This document shows, in pieces, positions 22,192 to 32,075 of a stretch of DNA of 64,000 nt (positions are counted from its first letter, which is position 1; every line of letters begins with the position of its first letter). Source of the DNA: a virus; IMG/VR virus record IMGVR_UViG_3300025122_000006; one strand, given 5' to 3'. A model generated the notes under the pieces. It made no database searches. It was not told the origin of the DNA and saw nothing but the letters and a program-made list of their open reading frames with translations. The translations under genes and the position numbers were made by a program.

Positions 22192-22441
22192 TATAGTACT
22201 CCTTTTTTGCCTTTTCTTTAATGTCTTTTAAAACAGTCTTATTCGCCTCTATAGCAGCTTTTACTTCATCGCCTACCTTGTTACCCCTTGAATCTTCTCG
22301 GAGCTTCAGAAAGGGCATTTGTGGAACTCTATGAGGTGATTGGGCGCAGCAGTAGATACACTCCTCTTGGGCTTCATTCATGCCGTGATACATCTCAAAA
22401 TGTGCAGTACAATAATCACATTTGTATACATATTTAGGCAT
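22178..22441 (-). CDS. FmdB-family zinc-ribbon protein
   Basis: MPKYVYKCDYC...CIYC matches MPxYxYxCxxC..CxxC. Confidence 0.8.
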   Translation of the reverse strand: MPKYVYKCDYCTAHFEMYHGMNEAQEECIYCCAQSPHRVPQMPFLKLREDSRGNKVGDEVKAAIEANKTVLKDIKEKAKKEYYIDDN

Positions 22442-22635
22442 TATTCAATTTCCACGCTCTTCTCTTCATCATCTATTTCTATCAATGGAGGGTTCATTAC
22501 GACAAGCTCATTAGAATCATCGATTTGAATTTCAAATCCCTTTAGCAGCGGCACTATATCCGATTGTTCCATTAATGATCTTTGCAAAGCCATCATGATT
22601 GCTCCGAGGGCTTGGTTTGATAATACATAATTCAT
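22441..22635 (-). CDS. Hypothetical protein (start MNYVLS at 22635)
   Basis: AGGAG RBS before ATG 22635; the longer track start overlaps the cupin gene. Confidence 0.6.
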   Translation of the reverse strand: MNYVLSNQALGAIMMALQRSLMEQSDIVPLLKGFEIQIDDSNELVVMNPPLIEIDDEEKSVEIE

Positions 22636-22636
22636 T

Positions 22637-23011
22637 TTAATCTCCTTTTTTAATTCTGTAACTGTCTGTGTCAAAATGTTGGGTTGAGAACTCAAAAAGT
22701 TCTGTATCCTCCAGTGCAATCATTTGATGGCGCAATCCACGGTAAACATGAAAATTGTCACCTGGGCCTAATATTCTTTCCTCTGCCACTAGGATGCCGT
22801 GTTCATACATCACATCTCCATCGGAATATCTAACTTTAATTTTTCCAGATTGCACATAAAAAACTTCGTCTTTTAGTTTGTGATAGTGCCACGAGCAACG
22901 TTTTCCTTTTACAAAATATAAAAGTTTCCCACAATATTCTTCGCAGTTAACAATCCACTTTTCAAATCCCCAGCCTTTAGGAACAAATTTAATTGGTAAA
23001 GAATTCGACAT
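22637..23011 (-). CDS. Cupin-domain protein (sugar isomerase-like)
   Basis: VPKGWGFEKW...YCGK...SWHYH..KDEVF...H...ELFEFST. Confidence 0.75.
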   Translation of the reverse strand: MSNSLPIKFVPKGWGFEKWIVNCEEYCGKLLYFVKGKRCSWHYHKLKDEVFYVQSGKIKVRYSDGDVMYEHGILVAEERILGPGDNFHVYRGLRHQMIALEDTELFEFSTQHFDTDSYRIKKGD

Positions 23012-23309
23012 CTTTCATTCCTTTATCGTCTACATATATATCTCCGGAGGGTTTACCAAGAAACAACTTGTGATAGTTAACCCCCCATTCTTTTAATTGA
23101 TTTTCTGTCAAATTGTAAAATAATCTATGGGCAAAGATCTGAGAGTTATCGGATCTTCCCATGCCTCTAGCGGTTAAAAAATGTATTGTATTGCCTTCTT
23201 CATATAGTCTATTAATAACTTTTATTCTATCTTTGAGCGGTTTGGCATTTTCATAATCACCACCCGTTAGGGAACATATTGTGCCATCTATATCAAAAAC
23301 ATATGTCAT
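22989..23309 (-). CDS. Minimal HAD phosphatase (capsule-biosynthesis phosphatase type)
   Basis: FDIDGT; LTARG; GKP; YVDDK (HAD motifs I-IV). Confidence 0.85.
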   Translation of the reverse strand: MTYVFDIDGTICSLTGGDYENAKPLKDRIKVINRLYEEGNTIHFLTARGMGRSDNSQIFAHRLFYNLTENQLKEWGVNYHKLFLGKPSGDIYVDDKGMKDVEFFTN

Positions 23310-23701
23310 TGTATATCTCCTAAAATTTTTGTTGTAGAATAATTCCCTATCCTATCAAAAAACGCTAATTCTCCAGCATATTGTTGACCTATAACTTTTT
23401 TTCCTTTCCAATCAGATCCAATCACCATTATATCTGGTTCAGTACTTTTAATTAAATTTGATAATTCCAAGGCGCTGCTGAACACCACTACTTTATCAAT
23501 ATAGCGTATGCTTTCTAAGGCGAATACTCTATCTTCCAAACAATTAAATGGCCGGAGGTCTCCTTTGTCTTTTTTAACTTTTTCATCAGAATCAATTCCA
23601 ACAATTAAAAAAGTACCAAGAGATTTGGCAAATTTAAATATCTCAAAGTGTCCTCTATGTAAGATGTCAAAACACCCATTTGTCCAAATAGTTTTATACA
23701 T
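23306..23701 (-). CDS. HldE/RfaE domain II-like nucleotidyltransferase (heptose-1-P adenylyltransferase type)
   Basis: TNGCFDILHRGH; GIDSD; KGDLRPFN...R; GSDW; YSTTKI. Confidence 0.85.
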   Translation of the reverse strand: MYKTIWTNGCFDILHRGHFEIFKFAKSLGTFLIVGIDSDEKVKKDKGDLRPFNCLEDRVFALESIRYIDKVVVFSSALELSNLIKSTEPDIMVIGSDWKGKKVIGQQYAGELAFFDRIGNYSTTKILGDIQ

Positions 23702-23719
23702 TTTAAAATAAACTCGTTT

Positions 23720-24187
23720 TTATTTTTTCTTGATTTCTTCTGCGGAATGTTCAAATCCCTGCTCTTTGGCATATTTTATATATTCTTCACCTTGAGGTAT
23801 TAAATTTTCATGCACGATAGGCTGGTCGCATTCGTCCCATGGTTTGGTAAGAAGAGACATACAAGTCGCGCTTGTTATCGCATGAGTCGCATGCGGCACT
23901 CCCTTTGGTGTACGAAAGCAAGTACCTTTAGAACATAACATACTAACTTCTTTCCCGGTTTCTGGGTCTTTAGTTATCATCATAATCGAACCCTCCACAA
24001 TTAAAAAATATTCAACAAATTCAGGATGATAGTGGTTCCCTCTTGACTTTCCAGGATGAAAGTGAAGCATGTTGAATTCGCGTATTGGTTCATCCAATAC
24101 CCAAGTAAAAATACCGCCACGACCATCTTTTATTGTTGATAGGTTGCAAGTACTAGATAAAATTTCCATATTTCCAAGTTTTCTCAT
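23720..24187 (-). CDS. Cupin, FdtA/WxcM-like sugar 3,4-ketoisomerase/epimerase
   Basis: DGRG...RGNHYH...E...P.GVPHA. Confidence 0.65.
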   Translation of the reverse strand: MRKLGNMEILSSTCNLSTIKDGRGGIFTWVLDEPIREFNMLHFHPGKSRGNHYHPEFVEYFLIVEGSIMMITKDPETGKEVSMLCSKGTCFRTPKGVPHATHAITSATCMSLLTKPWDECDQPIVHENLIPQGEEYIKYAKEQGFEHSAEEIKKK

Positions 24188-24190
24188 TTT

Positions 24191-25045
24191 TTATTCCCCA
24201 ATATTATTAATTTTTTTTAAACAAGTTATAATTCCCTCTCTTAAAGGAAATTTAACTTGTTTCGTGAATATTTCACTAGGTTTTAAGTTTAATTGTGTAG
24301 GCATTCTGCCGGCAATTGGCTGTGTTACCGGAATTAAAAGATCATGTGAATAACCATACGCATCACAAAACATTTTACTTAATTCATACCTGTTAACATA
24401 ATCTTCTGACGCGGCATGTATAATCCCTGTTGTTTCTTTTTCTATCACATCTAATATAAATGCGGAAAGATCACTAACATGAGTTGGGCGATTATATACA
24501 TCTGTAAAAACTTCAACTTCAGCTTGATTTTCCACACATTCATACAAAAATCTCAAAAAGTTTTTTCTTTCTGGCTTGTCATAGCCATATAACATAGAAG
24601 TCCGTAATATAGAAATTTTATTTATATTACTTTGTCTAAGTAAAAAGTCCTCTGCGTTAGACTTGCTGGTGCCGTAAGCGGTTTCAGGTTCTTTTATATC
24701 ATTAATATCCCAGCACATATTCGGGTCACTCTTGAATACACACTCCGTAGAAAGAAAAATAAAATGAACATCAAAAGGTAAATATTGGAGGAGCTTTCTA
24801 GTTGCAAGATAGTTTGTTTGAGCTAGATCTCTTTCATCGCCTTTATAAGACGCAACTAATGCCGCCATATGTATAACAACATCAACAGGACACATTGGAA
24901 TATGCTTACTAATAGACTCATAATCATTAATGTCTTCAAGCAATAAATGAACATTGTATTTTCGACTCTCAATCAAGTCTCTCGTTACAACCTGACCAAG
25001 ATATCCAGTAGCGCCCGTGATTAAAACTGTCTTTTTCATTATCAT
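24191..25045 (-). CDS. RmlD-like NDP-4-keto-sugar reductase (SDR)
   Basis: GATGYLG; STECVF; YGTSK; LRTSMLYG; PTHVSDL. Confidence 0.8.
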   Translation of the reverse strand: MIMKKTVLITGATGYLGQVVTRDLIESRKYNVHLLLEDINDYESISKHIPMCPVDVVIHMAALVASYKGDERDLAQTNYLATRKLLQYLPFDVHFIFLSTECVFKSDPNMCWDINDIKEPETAYGTSKSNAEDFLLRQSNINKISILRTSMLYGYDKPERKNFLRFLYECVENQAEVEVFTDVYNRPTHVSDLSAFILDVIEKETTGIIHAASEDYVNRYELSKMFCDAYGYSHDLLIPVTQPIAGRMPTQLNLKPSEIFTKQVKFPLREGIITCLKKINNIGE

Positions 25046-25992
25046 TCTCCAATATTATAATATTTTCTGTCATATAGGTTTAATAGTTTGTAAACTTTTA
25101 TAAGTTCTTTGACCCCATCTTCCACCGTTTTAGTGGTATCAAATCCTAATTTTTTTATTTTTTCATATGAAACCTCATAATTTCTGTGGTCTCTGTCATA
25201 ATCAAAGTTTTCATAATATACAAGACACTTAGTTTCTCTGGAAATAATTTCGCATACATCTTGTTTAGAATAACTCATTTTGTCGGAACCAATATTATAC
25301 GAATTACCAATCATTTTTTTCCATTTTTGAACACCCAGCAAAAAAGATTTTGCCATATCTTGTACGTGGATAAAAGATCTAATAAATTCGGGTTGATAAA
25401 CGACGATATACCCTTGTGTTTGTGCCAAATAGGTTAAATCGTTAACAAGTAAATCTAATCTCAATCTTGGGCTTGTACCAAAAGCAGTTGCAAAACGATA
25501 AGATATACTATTCTTACGAGACATACAAAGACCTTCTGACTCTGTCTTCGTGATACCATACAAAGAAGTTGGGTTTAAAGGGGAATCTTCATCACATTTT
25601 AAATTTTTAATTTTCCCGTAATTTGATCCTGTTGAACTATAAAACAACAATTGTTCATCTGACATCGTATCAATCAAAAGCTTGGTTCCTTCTATATTAA
25701 CTCTCCTGGCAAGGTCGGGTTTTTTATCACACAAAGGGAAGCCAACTAACGCCGCCAAATGAATTATAATATCTTTTCCTTTCACAACTTCTTTCAGATT
25801 TTTTTTGTCTAAAATATCGCCTCTGATAAAATGAAAATTTTTATTTGAAAAATGAGGAATTAATGGTTGTGGATCATAAGACACATTATCATACACTGTT
25901 ACTTCATGCCCTTCGTTTAATAACATGGGTATCAGAACAGATCCAATATATCCGGCACCGCCGGTTATTAAAATTTTATAAAACATTCTCAA
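25042..25992 (-). CDS. NAD-dependent epimerase/dehydratase (extended SDR)
   Basis: GGAGYIG; HLAALVGFPLC; YGITK; RFATAFG.SPRLRLDLLVN. Confidence 0.9.
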   Translation of the reverse strand: MRMFYKILITGGAGYIGSVLIPMLLNEGHEVTVYDNVSYDPQPLIPHFSNKNFHFIRGDILDKKNLKEVVKGKDIIIHLAALVGFPLCDKKPDLARRVNIEGTKLLIDTMSDEQLLFYSSTGSNYGKIKNLKCDEDSPLNPTSLYGITKTESEGLCMSRKNSISYRFATAFGTSPRLRLDLLVNDLTYLAQTQGYIVVYQPEFIRSFIHVQDMAKSFLLGVQKWKKMIGNSYNIGSDKMSYSKQDVCEIISRETKCLVYYENFDYDRDHRNYEVSYEKIKKLGFDTTKTVEDGVKELIKVYKLLNLYDRKYYNIGE

Positions 25993-26013
25993 CTCCGTTT
26001 TTAAATATTATAA

Positions 26014-26844
26014 TTATTCCACATCAAGTTCAGATAGAGTAGAATTTCCAAATCGCCTTTCCCAAACTTCCGATGCTTGCTGCCAATTATCGTAATCAAT
26101 TTTAATCCTATTCCGAGCGCCAGTTTCTTGAGCATAAATACTATAAAATAAAGGATAATCATTTTCATGATAAGCTTCCTCAGTTGGTGGTTTACGGTTT
26201 TTATTTTCAGGACGTTTAGCTAGAGATGGTGTTGGTATGTTAGTTTGCCTAATCACAATATCCGGTGACGGAAGAATACGGCCTCCAGCTTCCTGAACTC
26301 TAAAAGCGAGATCATTACAATTCATATTAACATGTTCGAATCTACAATCTATCCCGCCTATTTCACGATAATAATCCAAATAATACATTGCAATGTTAGC
26401 GATTCTAAAATGCTGTCTAACTCCGGGGAGCCTTAAATCTCTATGATACCAAGCCGTCCAGAGTTGTCTCTGATCCGGAATAGGCGCATTGGGATTGGCA
26501 TCTTGCTCAAAAAACCTAGAAGTCAAAGCATCGTGTCTATTATTCATACTCAATAAATCAATACAACGTGATAAAGCTAGAGGCTGAAATATACCATCTT
26601 CGCTGCCCCAGGTCATAAATTTACCCGTTGCAAATGTGGTGGCTCTTTGCAAACATCTTGAAGGGTGCCCAAAATCTTTCACATATTTAAAATTATCTTT
26701 TTCTAAAAGCTCTTGCGACGGATTATAAGGGCCGACACCAATAAACTCAAAAGAGTACTCTCCGACAGATTCGACAACACTCTCAAATATTTTTTCCCAT
26801 TTTTCTGGCTTTATCCCTGGGAGGATAACTGAAACATCATACAT
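26014..26844 (-). CDS. GT2-like glycosyltransferase (paralog family A)
   Basis: SVILPG; TWGSEDG; GGIDCRFE; DLAFR; C-terminal RIKIDYDNW...VWERRF. Confidence 0.7.
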   Translation of the reverse strand: MYDVSVILPGIKPEKWEKIFESVVESVGEYSFEFIGVGPYNPSQELLEKDNFKYVKDFGHPSRCLQRATTFATGKFMTWGSEDGIFQPLALSRCIDLLSMNNRHDALTSRFFEQDANPNAPIPDQRQLWTAWYHRDLRLPGVRQHFRIANIAMYYLDYYREIGGIDCRFEHVNMNCNDLAFRVQEAGGRILPSPDIVIRQTNIPTPSLAKRPENKNRKPPTEEAYHENDYPLFYSIYAQETGARNRIKIDYDNWQQASEVWERRFGNSTLSELDVE

Positions 26845-26866
26845 AATATAACTCCTATTAAATTTT

Positions 26867-27607
26867 TCATACTATACTAACCCCTTTCTTTTGTACTACT
26901 TTGGTCGCGCAACTATTCGCGAACCTTATTGCCTTACCAATATCAAGACTTTTTACATACTCTACTACCAAACCGGCAAGAAAAGTATCACCTGCTCCGC
27001 AAGTATCTTTTATCTCTACTTTCGGAACAGGATAATTTATTCCTCTATACTTTGCCCCTCCGGGGCCTAAAGTAATAATTAATTTTTGTCTCAAATCATC
27101 AGTTATTTTTTCCTTTGTAGATTCATATTCAAATTGATTAATTTTTATATATGCTATAAGAGACGCCCAGGGCCCTAAAATTTTTTTAGTATCGAGAAAA
27201 ACTTTATTATTTTTGGTAGAAATATAATAAATATCGTCCTTTGTAAGAAAGCCTTTATTATAATCCGAAATTATAATCGCATCATAGTTAGAATAATCGT
27301 ATTTTCTTACATCTTGTTTTTCATAATTATCATCATTTTCATCCAACCTTAAAATAACATAATTGGTTCTGGTGTCAACAAACCTTATTTTCTGAACATT
27401 AGAATAATTTTCATTTGTTACCAAAGTTGCGTCAATGTTGGAAATGGCTTTTATGTTATTATAAACATTCATAGCCATACCACCATTTTCTTTTTTAACA
27501 CCATTATTTCTAAATACTGGAACCGGTGCCTCCGGAGCCAGCCTATTGCTGTCCCCATGTTGATAGACATCTAAACAACTTTCTCCAATAATCAAGATCT
27601 TGTTCAT
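26867..27607 (-). CDS. HldE/RfaE domain I-like PfkB sugar kinase (heptose-7-P kinase type)
   Basis: RLAPEAPVPV; GGMAMNV; ISDYNKGFL; DTCGAGDTFLA. Confidence 0.85.
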   Translation of the reverse strand: MNKILIIGESCLDVYQHGDSNRLAPEAPVPVFRNNGVKKENGGMAMNVYNNIKAISNIDATLVTNENYSNVQKIRFVDTRTNYVILRLDENDDNYEKQDVRKYDYSNYDAIIISDYNKGFLTKDDIYYISTKNNKVFLDTKKILGPWASLIAYIKINQFEYESTKEKITDDLRQKLIITLGPGGAKYRGINYPVPKVEIKDTCGAGDTFLAGLVVEYVKSLDIGKAIRFANSCATKVVQKKGVSIV

Positions 27608-28770
27608 AATTCACCTCGGACAACTTTACAAATAAAGTGAACCTCTTCTTCTTCTAATTCAGGGTAATTTGGAACAAAAAATCCACAAGAATGTATTCTG
27701 TTGCTCATTTCATCTTCAAATTCACCATATCTCTTTACCCAAAATGGGTGTTTTCCTAGATTGCCGGCACTAAAAATTCTAGTTTCTATGCCATTTTCCA
27801 CTAAGCGTGTTACTATTTCTTTTCTGTGTTCTGTACTATTTGCTAATGCCCCAAACGAGATAGAAACAGGATTGTGTCCTTGCCAGTCTTGAAATTCCAC
27901 ATATCCTTCTAGTAGCTTGGCATAGAGCAAATGATTCTTGTTTCTTCCTCTGGCTACTTGATTTGCTCTTTCAATTTGACGTAGTCCTAAAAAAGCTTGA
28001 AGATCAGTTGATCTAAGATTAAAACCGGCTATGAAGAAAGTAAAAGGTTTATGAAAATCATCTACCTCGGTTTCCTCAATTAGTTTATCATAACTATCTT
28101 GTGGTAAGTCCTTGCCCCAACCATGGCTACGAAGCATCAACAGGATTTCATACAATTCCTTGTCACTGGTGTTTACCATTCCACCTTCAATAGTTGAAAG
28201 TTGATGTCCAAAGTAAAATGAAAACGATGACATATCTCCAATAGTACCTACCATTTGACCATCGCTATAAGAGGCCCCTAGAGCCGCACAGGCGTCTTCT
28301 AGAAGTGTGAAGCCATACTTACTCTTAAGAGCCAGCAAACGCTCTCTATAGTGTGGTACGCCTAGCACCTGAACGTATATGACTGCATCTGGTCTTTCTT
28401 TTTCGCATACAGCTTCCAATTGATCCAAGTCAATACCAAAGGTTTTTCGATCTGCCCCAACCATAATGGGTTCAAGCCCAAATTGAATTGCAGGCGCAAT
28501 TGTAGTCACCCAGCCGACAGAAGGTACAACAATTTTTTTATTTGGAATCCTACCCGCCATGATTGCTGCATATACCATCAATAGATTGGCTGAAGATCCG
28601 GAATTATTAAATACAGAATATTTCGTCCCAATATATTTAGCCCAGCTGTTCTCTACATCCCAAGTTAATTGTCCCTTGGTAAGACGCGGATAACCTTTCA
28701 ACCAATCACACAAGGCATTAAGGTCTTCGTTATTGATCGTCTCTTTTGCCAATGGATATTTGATTTTCAT
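27604..28770 (-). CDS. PLP-dependent DegT/DnrJ-fold enzyme, ColD-type GDP-4-keto-6-deoxymannose 3-dehydratase
   Basis: NSGSSANL; LLEDAC; SFSFYFGHQLSTIEGG has His where aminotransferases carry the Schiff-base Lys (ColD/E1 signature); LRSHGW; GFNLR. Confidence 0.75.
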   Translation of the reverse strand: MKIKYPLAKETINNEDLNALCDWLKGYPRLTKGQLTWDVENSWAKYIGTKYSVFNNSGSSANLLMVYAAIMAGRIPNKKIVVPSVGWVTTIAPAIQFGLEPIMVGADRKTFGIDLDQLEAVCEKERPDAVIYVQVLGVPHYRERLLALKSKYGFTLLEDACAALGASYSDGQMVGTIGDMSSFSFYFGHQLSTIEGGMVNTSDKELYEILLMLRSHGWGKDLPQDSYDKLIEETEVDDFHKPFTFFIAGFNLRSTDLQAFLGLRQIERANQVARGRNKNHLLYAKLLEGYVEFQDWQGHNPVSISFGALANSTEHRKEIVTRLVENGIETRIFSAGNLGKHPFWVKRYGEFEDEMSNRIHSCGFFVPNYPELEEEEVHFICKVVRGEL

Positions 28771-29552
28771 TTTTGCTTTCCTTCCTCAAATCTTCTAGTC
28801 CAAACTTCTGGTGCTCGTTTCCAATTGTCGTAATCAATTTCTATTCTATCCAAACAACCTGAGCTTCTCCAAATACTAGCATATAAAGGCTGATCGTGTT
28901 CTAGTTGCGCATAATGAATTGGGGCGTGATCGCCCGAGGGCCCAGGGAACTGTGTGCATTCAAAAATAACACCGATTAACGATGCATCTATACCGTCCAA
29001 TTGGGCTCTTGCGCCAAAATCAACAAATGCCATCGGACACGCTTCAAATCTACAGTCAAACCCACCTAAATCTTTAAAATATTGAGTAGGCAGAACAACT
29101 GAATTAAAAATCAAAAAATTGTTTGGATAAAAAGGAGATCTAACTGGTTCATGAAAATTCATAAAATACATTCCTGCTTTTGGATCCCCGAGACCATCGC
29201 TTCCCCCTTCAATATATTGCGTAACAATACACTTTTTCTCTGACGAAATTTCATCCAACTGCCTAATACACTCTGATAGTCCATATGGTAAAAACCAGCC
29301 ATCATCAGCAGTCCAAGTAAGATATCTACCAGAAGCATTTTTCATAGATAATTGCTGAGCCCTTGTCGGAGCACCGAAGTCTTGTATACAAGAAACATTC
29401 TCTAAATCTTTTAACTCATCCGGAAGTTCCGCATGAGGTCCACAGAAAATTAATTCAAAAGAATAATCACCAACAGATCCCACAATACTATTGTATAATC
29501 TTGGCCAATTATCTTTTCTTATAGCAGCTAAGCAAACCGATAAATCATACAT
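28767..29552 (-). CDS. GT2-like glycosyltransferase (paralog family A)
   Basis: TWTADDG; GGFDCRFE; DFGAR; GDHAPIH; RIEIDYDNWKRAPEVWTRRF. Confidence 0.75.
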   Translation of the reverse strand: MYDLSVCLAAIRKDNWPRLYNSIVGSVGDYSFELIFCGPHAELPDELKDLENVSCIQDFGAPTRAQQLSMKNASGRYLTWTADDGWFLPYGLSECIRQLDEISSEKKCIVTQYIEGGSDGLGDPKAGMYFMNFHEPVRSPFYPNNFLIFNSVVLPTQYFKDLGGFDCRFEACPMAFVDFGARAQLDGIDASLIGVIFECTQFPGPSGDHAPIHYAQLEHDQPLYASIWRSSGCLDRIEIDYDNWKRAPEVWTRRFEEGKQK

Positions 29553-30341
29553 TTAAAATCTCCTTTTCCAAATTGATGGAGTATCTTCCCAATTATTCAA
29601 ATCTATTTTAACCCTTTCTAAACTAGAAGAGCTATTGTAAATTTTTCTAAAAAGCGGCTCCGCGTGTTCTATATGGGCGTAATGAACGGGGCCGTGATCA
29701 CCCATCGTACCCGGCATATGATCACAAACAAAAATAGGATGTTCCATCATAAAATACTTGGCGCCGTCTCTTTGGGTTCTAACAGCAAAATCCATATGAG
29801 AAATAGTAGTTATTTCGAATATCGAATCCCAACCTCCAATTTGCTTGGCATAATCAGTCTTAAGGATGCCAACATTCAAAACCCAATAATCATTAGGTAC
29901 AAAAACAGATCGTAAGCCGTCAGCATGATTAATTTTGTAATAAAAATCTTGTAACATATCCGGGCTATAATTTGATCCCTCTGTATATTTACAAGTAACT
30001 ATATCCTTATCGCTCGTTGCATTATTCGCCCAAAACCCTAATGCTTCGTCTAGACTATTATTTAAGAACCAGCCATCATCGGCGCCCCATGTAACAAACT
30101 CGCCTTCACAATGAACAAGACCAATCTGTTGACACCTTGAAGGGCTGCCGTAATCTTTAATAATTTTTATATTATCCAATGATTTCAAATCGTCTGGTAG
30201 ATCATATGGAGATACTATGATAATTTCAAAGGAATCGGAAAAGGAATCCATAACGCTGTTATAAAATTTCCTCCAGTTTTTTGTTCTAATTCCAGGTAGA
30301 ATTATTGATAATTTACATTTCATTTTTTTTATACCACTCAA
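29553..30341 (-). CDS. GT2-like glycosyltransferase (paralog family A)
   Basis: SIILPG; TWGADDG; GGWD; DFAVR; GDHGPVH; RVKIDLNNW...IWKRRF. Confidence 0.75.
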   Translation of the reverse strand: MSGIKKMKCKLSIILPGIRTKNWRKFYNSVMDSFSDSFEIIIVSPYDLPDDLKSLDNIKIIKDYGSPSRCQQIGLVHCEGEFVTWGADDGWFLNNSLDEALGFWANNATSDKDIVTCKYTEGSNYSPDMLQDFYYKINHADGLRSVFVPNDYWVLNVGILKTDYAKQIGGWDSIFEITTISHMDFAVRTQRDGAKYFMMEHPIFVCDHMPGTMGDHGPVHYAHIEHAEPLFRKIYNSSSSLERVKIDLNNWEDTPSIWKRRF

Positions 30342-31251
30342 TTGTTTTTGTTAGCCCATCTAATAAAGATGTCCTATCGTTAATTTTGATACCATAATCG
30401 CTCATCCTAGAAGAGTTTAAAATTTTACGGTATTGTCCGTCAGGTTTATCTGTGTTCCAATACAAAGTTCCCTTAAAGTTTGTTATATCCTTTATTAATT
30501 CTGCTAATTCCTTAATACTAATATCTTCATTAAAGCCTATATTTATAGGTAAATTAATAAAATCGTATCTTTCTAATGCCTGAACAATACCTTCTGCAGC
30601 ATCGGAACAATATATTAATTCTCTTCTTGGAGAACCAGTCCCCCAACATTCCACTGCAGATAAATTGTTTTTGGCTCCATCAACAAATTTTTTAATTAAA
30701 CCTCCAACAACTTTCGTTTTGTTCACATCAAAAGAATCATGTGGGCCGTAAGCAGTGTTGAAAATTGTACAGACAGCCATAGTTCCATATTGTTTATAAA
30801 TTTGTTTAGAAAAGGCATGTATTGCTTTTTTACCTAAGCCATGCGCTTCAACACTTTCATCTGGGAGCCCGATCCAAAAATCCTCTTCTTTTAACTCGTC
30901 AGCGGTGCTTCTATATGCACAAGAGGCTAAAGTAGAAACCACCTTTTTAACACCGGATTCTGCACATGCTTTTAGAGTATTTAATCCCATCGTAACCGTA
31001 TTATAAAAAATATCTGTTGGATATTTCTTATTAAACCCAATATTTCCATTATATCCTGCTAAGTGTATACAATAATCCGGATTGTATTTATAAAAAGCAG
31101 ATATAGCTTGATTATAATCCAAAAGATCACATTCTTCATGGAGGAGAGGTGCAACAATCGCTCCCCTATTTAACAATAATTTTATTGTCGCTCTACCTAT
31201 CATTGATGAAGCGCCGGTGACAATTACTTTTTTATTGCTCAAGTTTATCAT
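30313..31251 (-). CDS. GDP-L-fucose synthase / ColC-type epimerase-reductase
   Basis: HLAGYNGNI..N..YP; LASCAY; YGPHDSF; WGTGSPRRELIY..D; KPDGQYRK. Confidence 0.8.
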   Translation of the reverse strand: MINLSNKKVIVTGASSMIGRATIKLLLNRGAIVAPLLHEECDLLDYNQAISAFYKYNPDYCIHLAGYNGNIGFNKKYPTDIFYNTVTMGLNTLKACAESGVKKVVSTLASCAYRSTADELKEEDFWIGLPDESVEAHGLGKKAIHAFSKQIYKQYGTMAVCTIFNTAYGPHDSFDVNKTKVVGGLIKKFVDGAKNNLSAVECWGTGSPRRELIYCSDAAEGIVQALERYDFINLPINIGFNEDISIKELAELIKDITNFKGTLYWNTDKPDGQYRKILNSSRMSDYGIKINDRTSLLDGLTKTIEWYKKNEM

Positions 31252-31253
31252 AA

Positions 31254-32075
31254 CTATATTTTGTACCCTTCTTGATCACACAACTCTTCATATGAATTCG
31301 GAATACCTTTAGAAAATCTTCTTTCCCAAACTTCTGGGGCTCTTTTCCAATTGTCATAATGAATTTTTATTCTTTTGGAATAATATGTAGGATTCGAATA
31401 CATTAATTGAAATATTGGAGTGTCATGAGAAACCATAGCGTGGTGTATTGGAGAATGATCCCCTTCTTCGCCCGGGTACCAGGTGGCTATACAGGTGTGT
31501 TTTGGAGGAAAGACAATTTTCCCACCGTCTTTCTGTAGGCGAAACATAAAATCATGTATAGGCTTGTCGATGTATTCATAGTTAATACAATCTAGCCCCC
31601 CAAGTTCTATAAAATAATTTTTATTCATTATACATTGATTTGCAATTTTCCAAGATTGATCAATTCCGGGTAATCTAAAATCACCATGAGTTTTAACTTC
31701 CCAGTATTTGGTTTCCATTTTGTTGCCGCCTTCGCCGTAGATCATGCATACAACATCTTTATAGCCACATTGTTCTTTGTAAGTGTCCATAGCAAGATCA
31801 ATTGAATCTTCAGCAAAGACACAATCGTCGACAGTTAAAAAGAACAAATCACTTCTGATCTCTGGCATTCCTTTTTGGGCACATCTAGTAACGGTACCAT
31901 AATCTTTTATGAACAAAACATTTTCTTTATCCCAAAGTTCTTTCGGTGGCTCAAACGGCCCAATAAAAACTATCTCCCAACTGTATCTTTTACAGGCTTG
32001 CTTGACACTTTCGTATACTTTTGGCCACAAAGGTGTACGAAACGCCGGTATAAAAATTGATAAATCGTATTTCAT
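31254..32075 (-). CDS. GT2-like glycosyltransferase (paralog family A)
   Basis: SIFIPA; LTVDDC; GGLDC; DFMFR; GDHSPIH; RIKIHYDNWKRAPEVWERRF. Confidence 0.75.
   Translation of the reverse strand: MKYDLSIFIPAFRTPLWPKVYESVKQACKRYSWEIVFIGPFEPPKELWDKENVLFIKDYGTVTRCAQKGMPEIRSDLFFLTVDDCVFAEDSIDLAMDTYKEQCGYKDVVCMIYGEGGNKMETKYWEVKTHGDFRLPGIDQSWKIANQCIMNKNYFIELGGLDCINYEYIDKPIHDFMFRLQKDGGKIVFPPKHTCIATWYPGEEGDHSPIHHAMVSHDTPIFQLMYSNPTYYSKRIKIHYDNWKRAPEVWERRFSKGIPNSYEELCDQEGYKI

Noticed and set aside
27604-28770. Perosamine synthase / sugar aminotransferase
   Set aside because: The Schiff-base Lys position holds His (FGHQLSTIEGG), which fits a 3-dehydratase.
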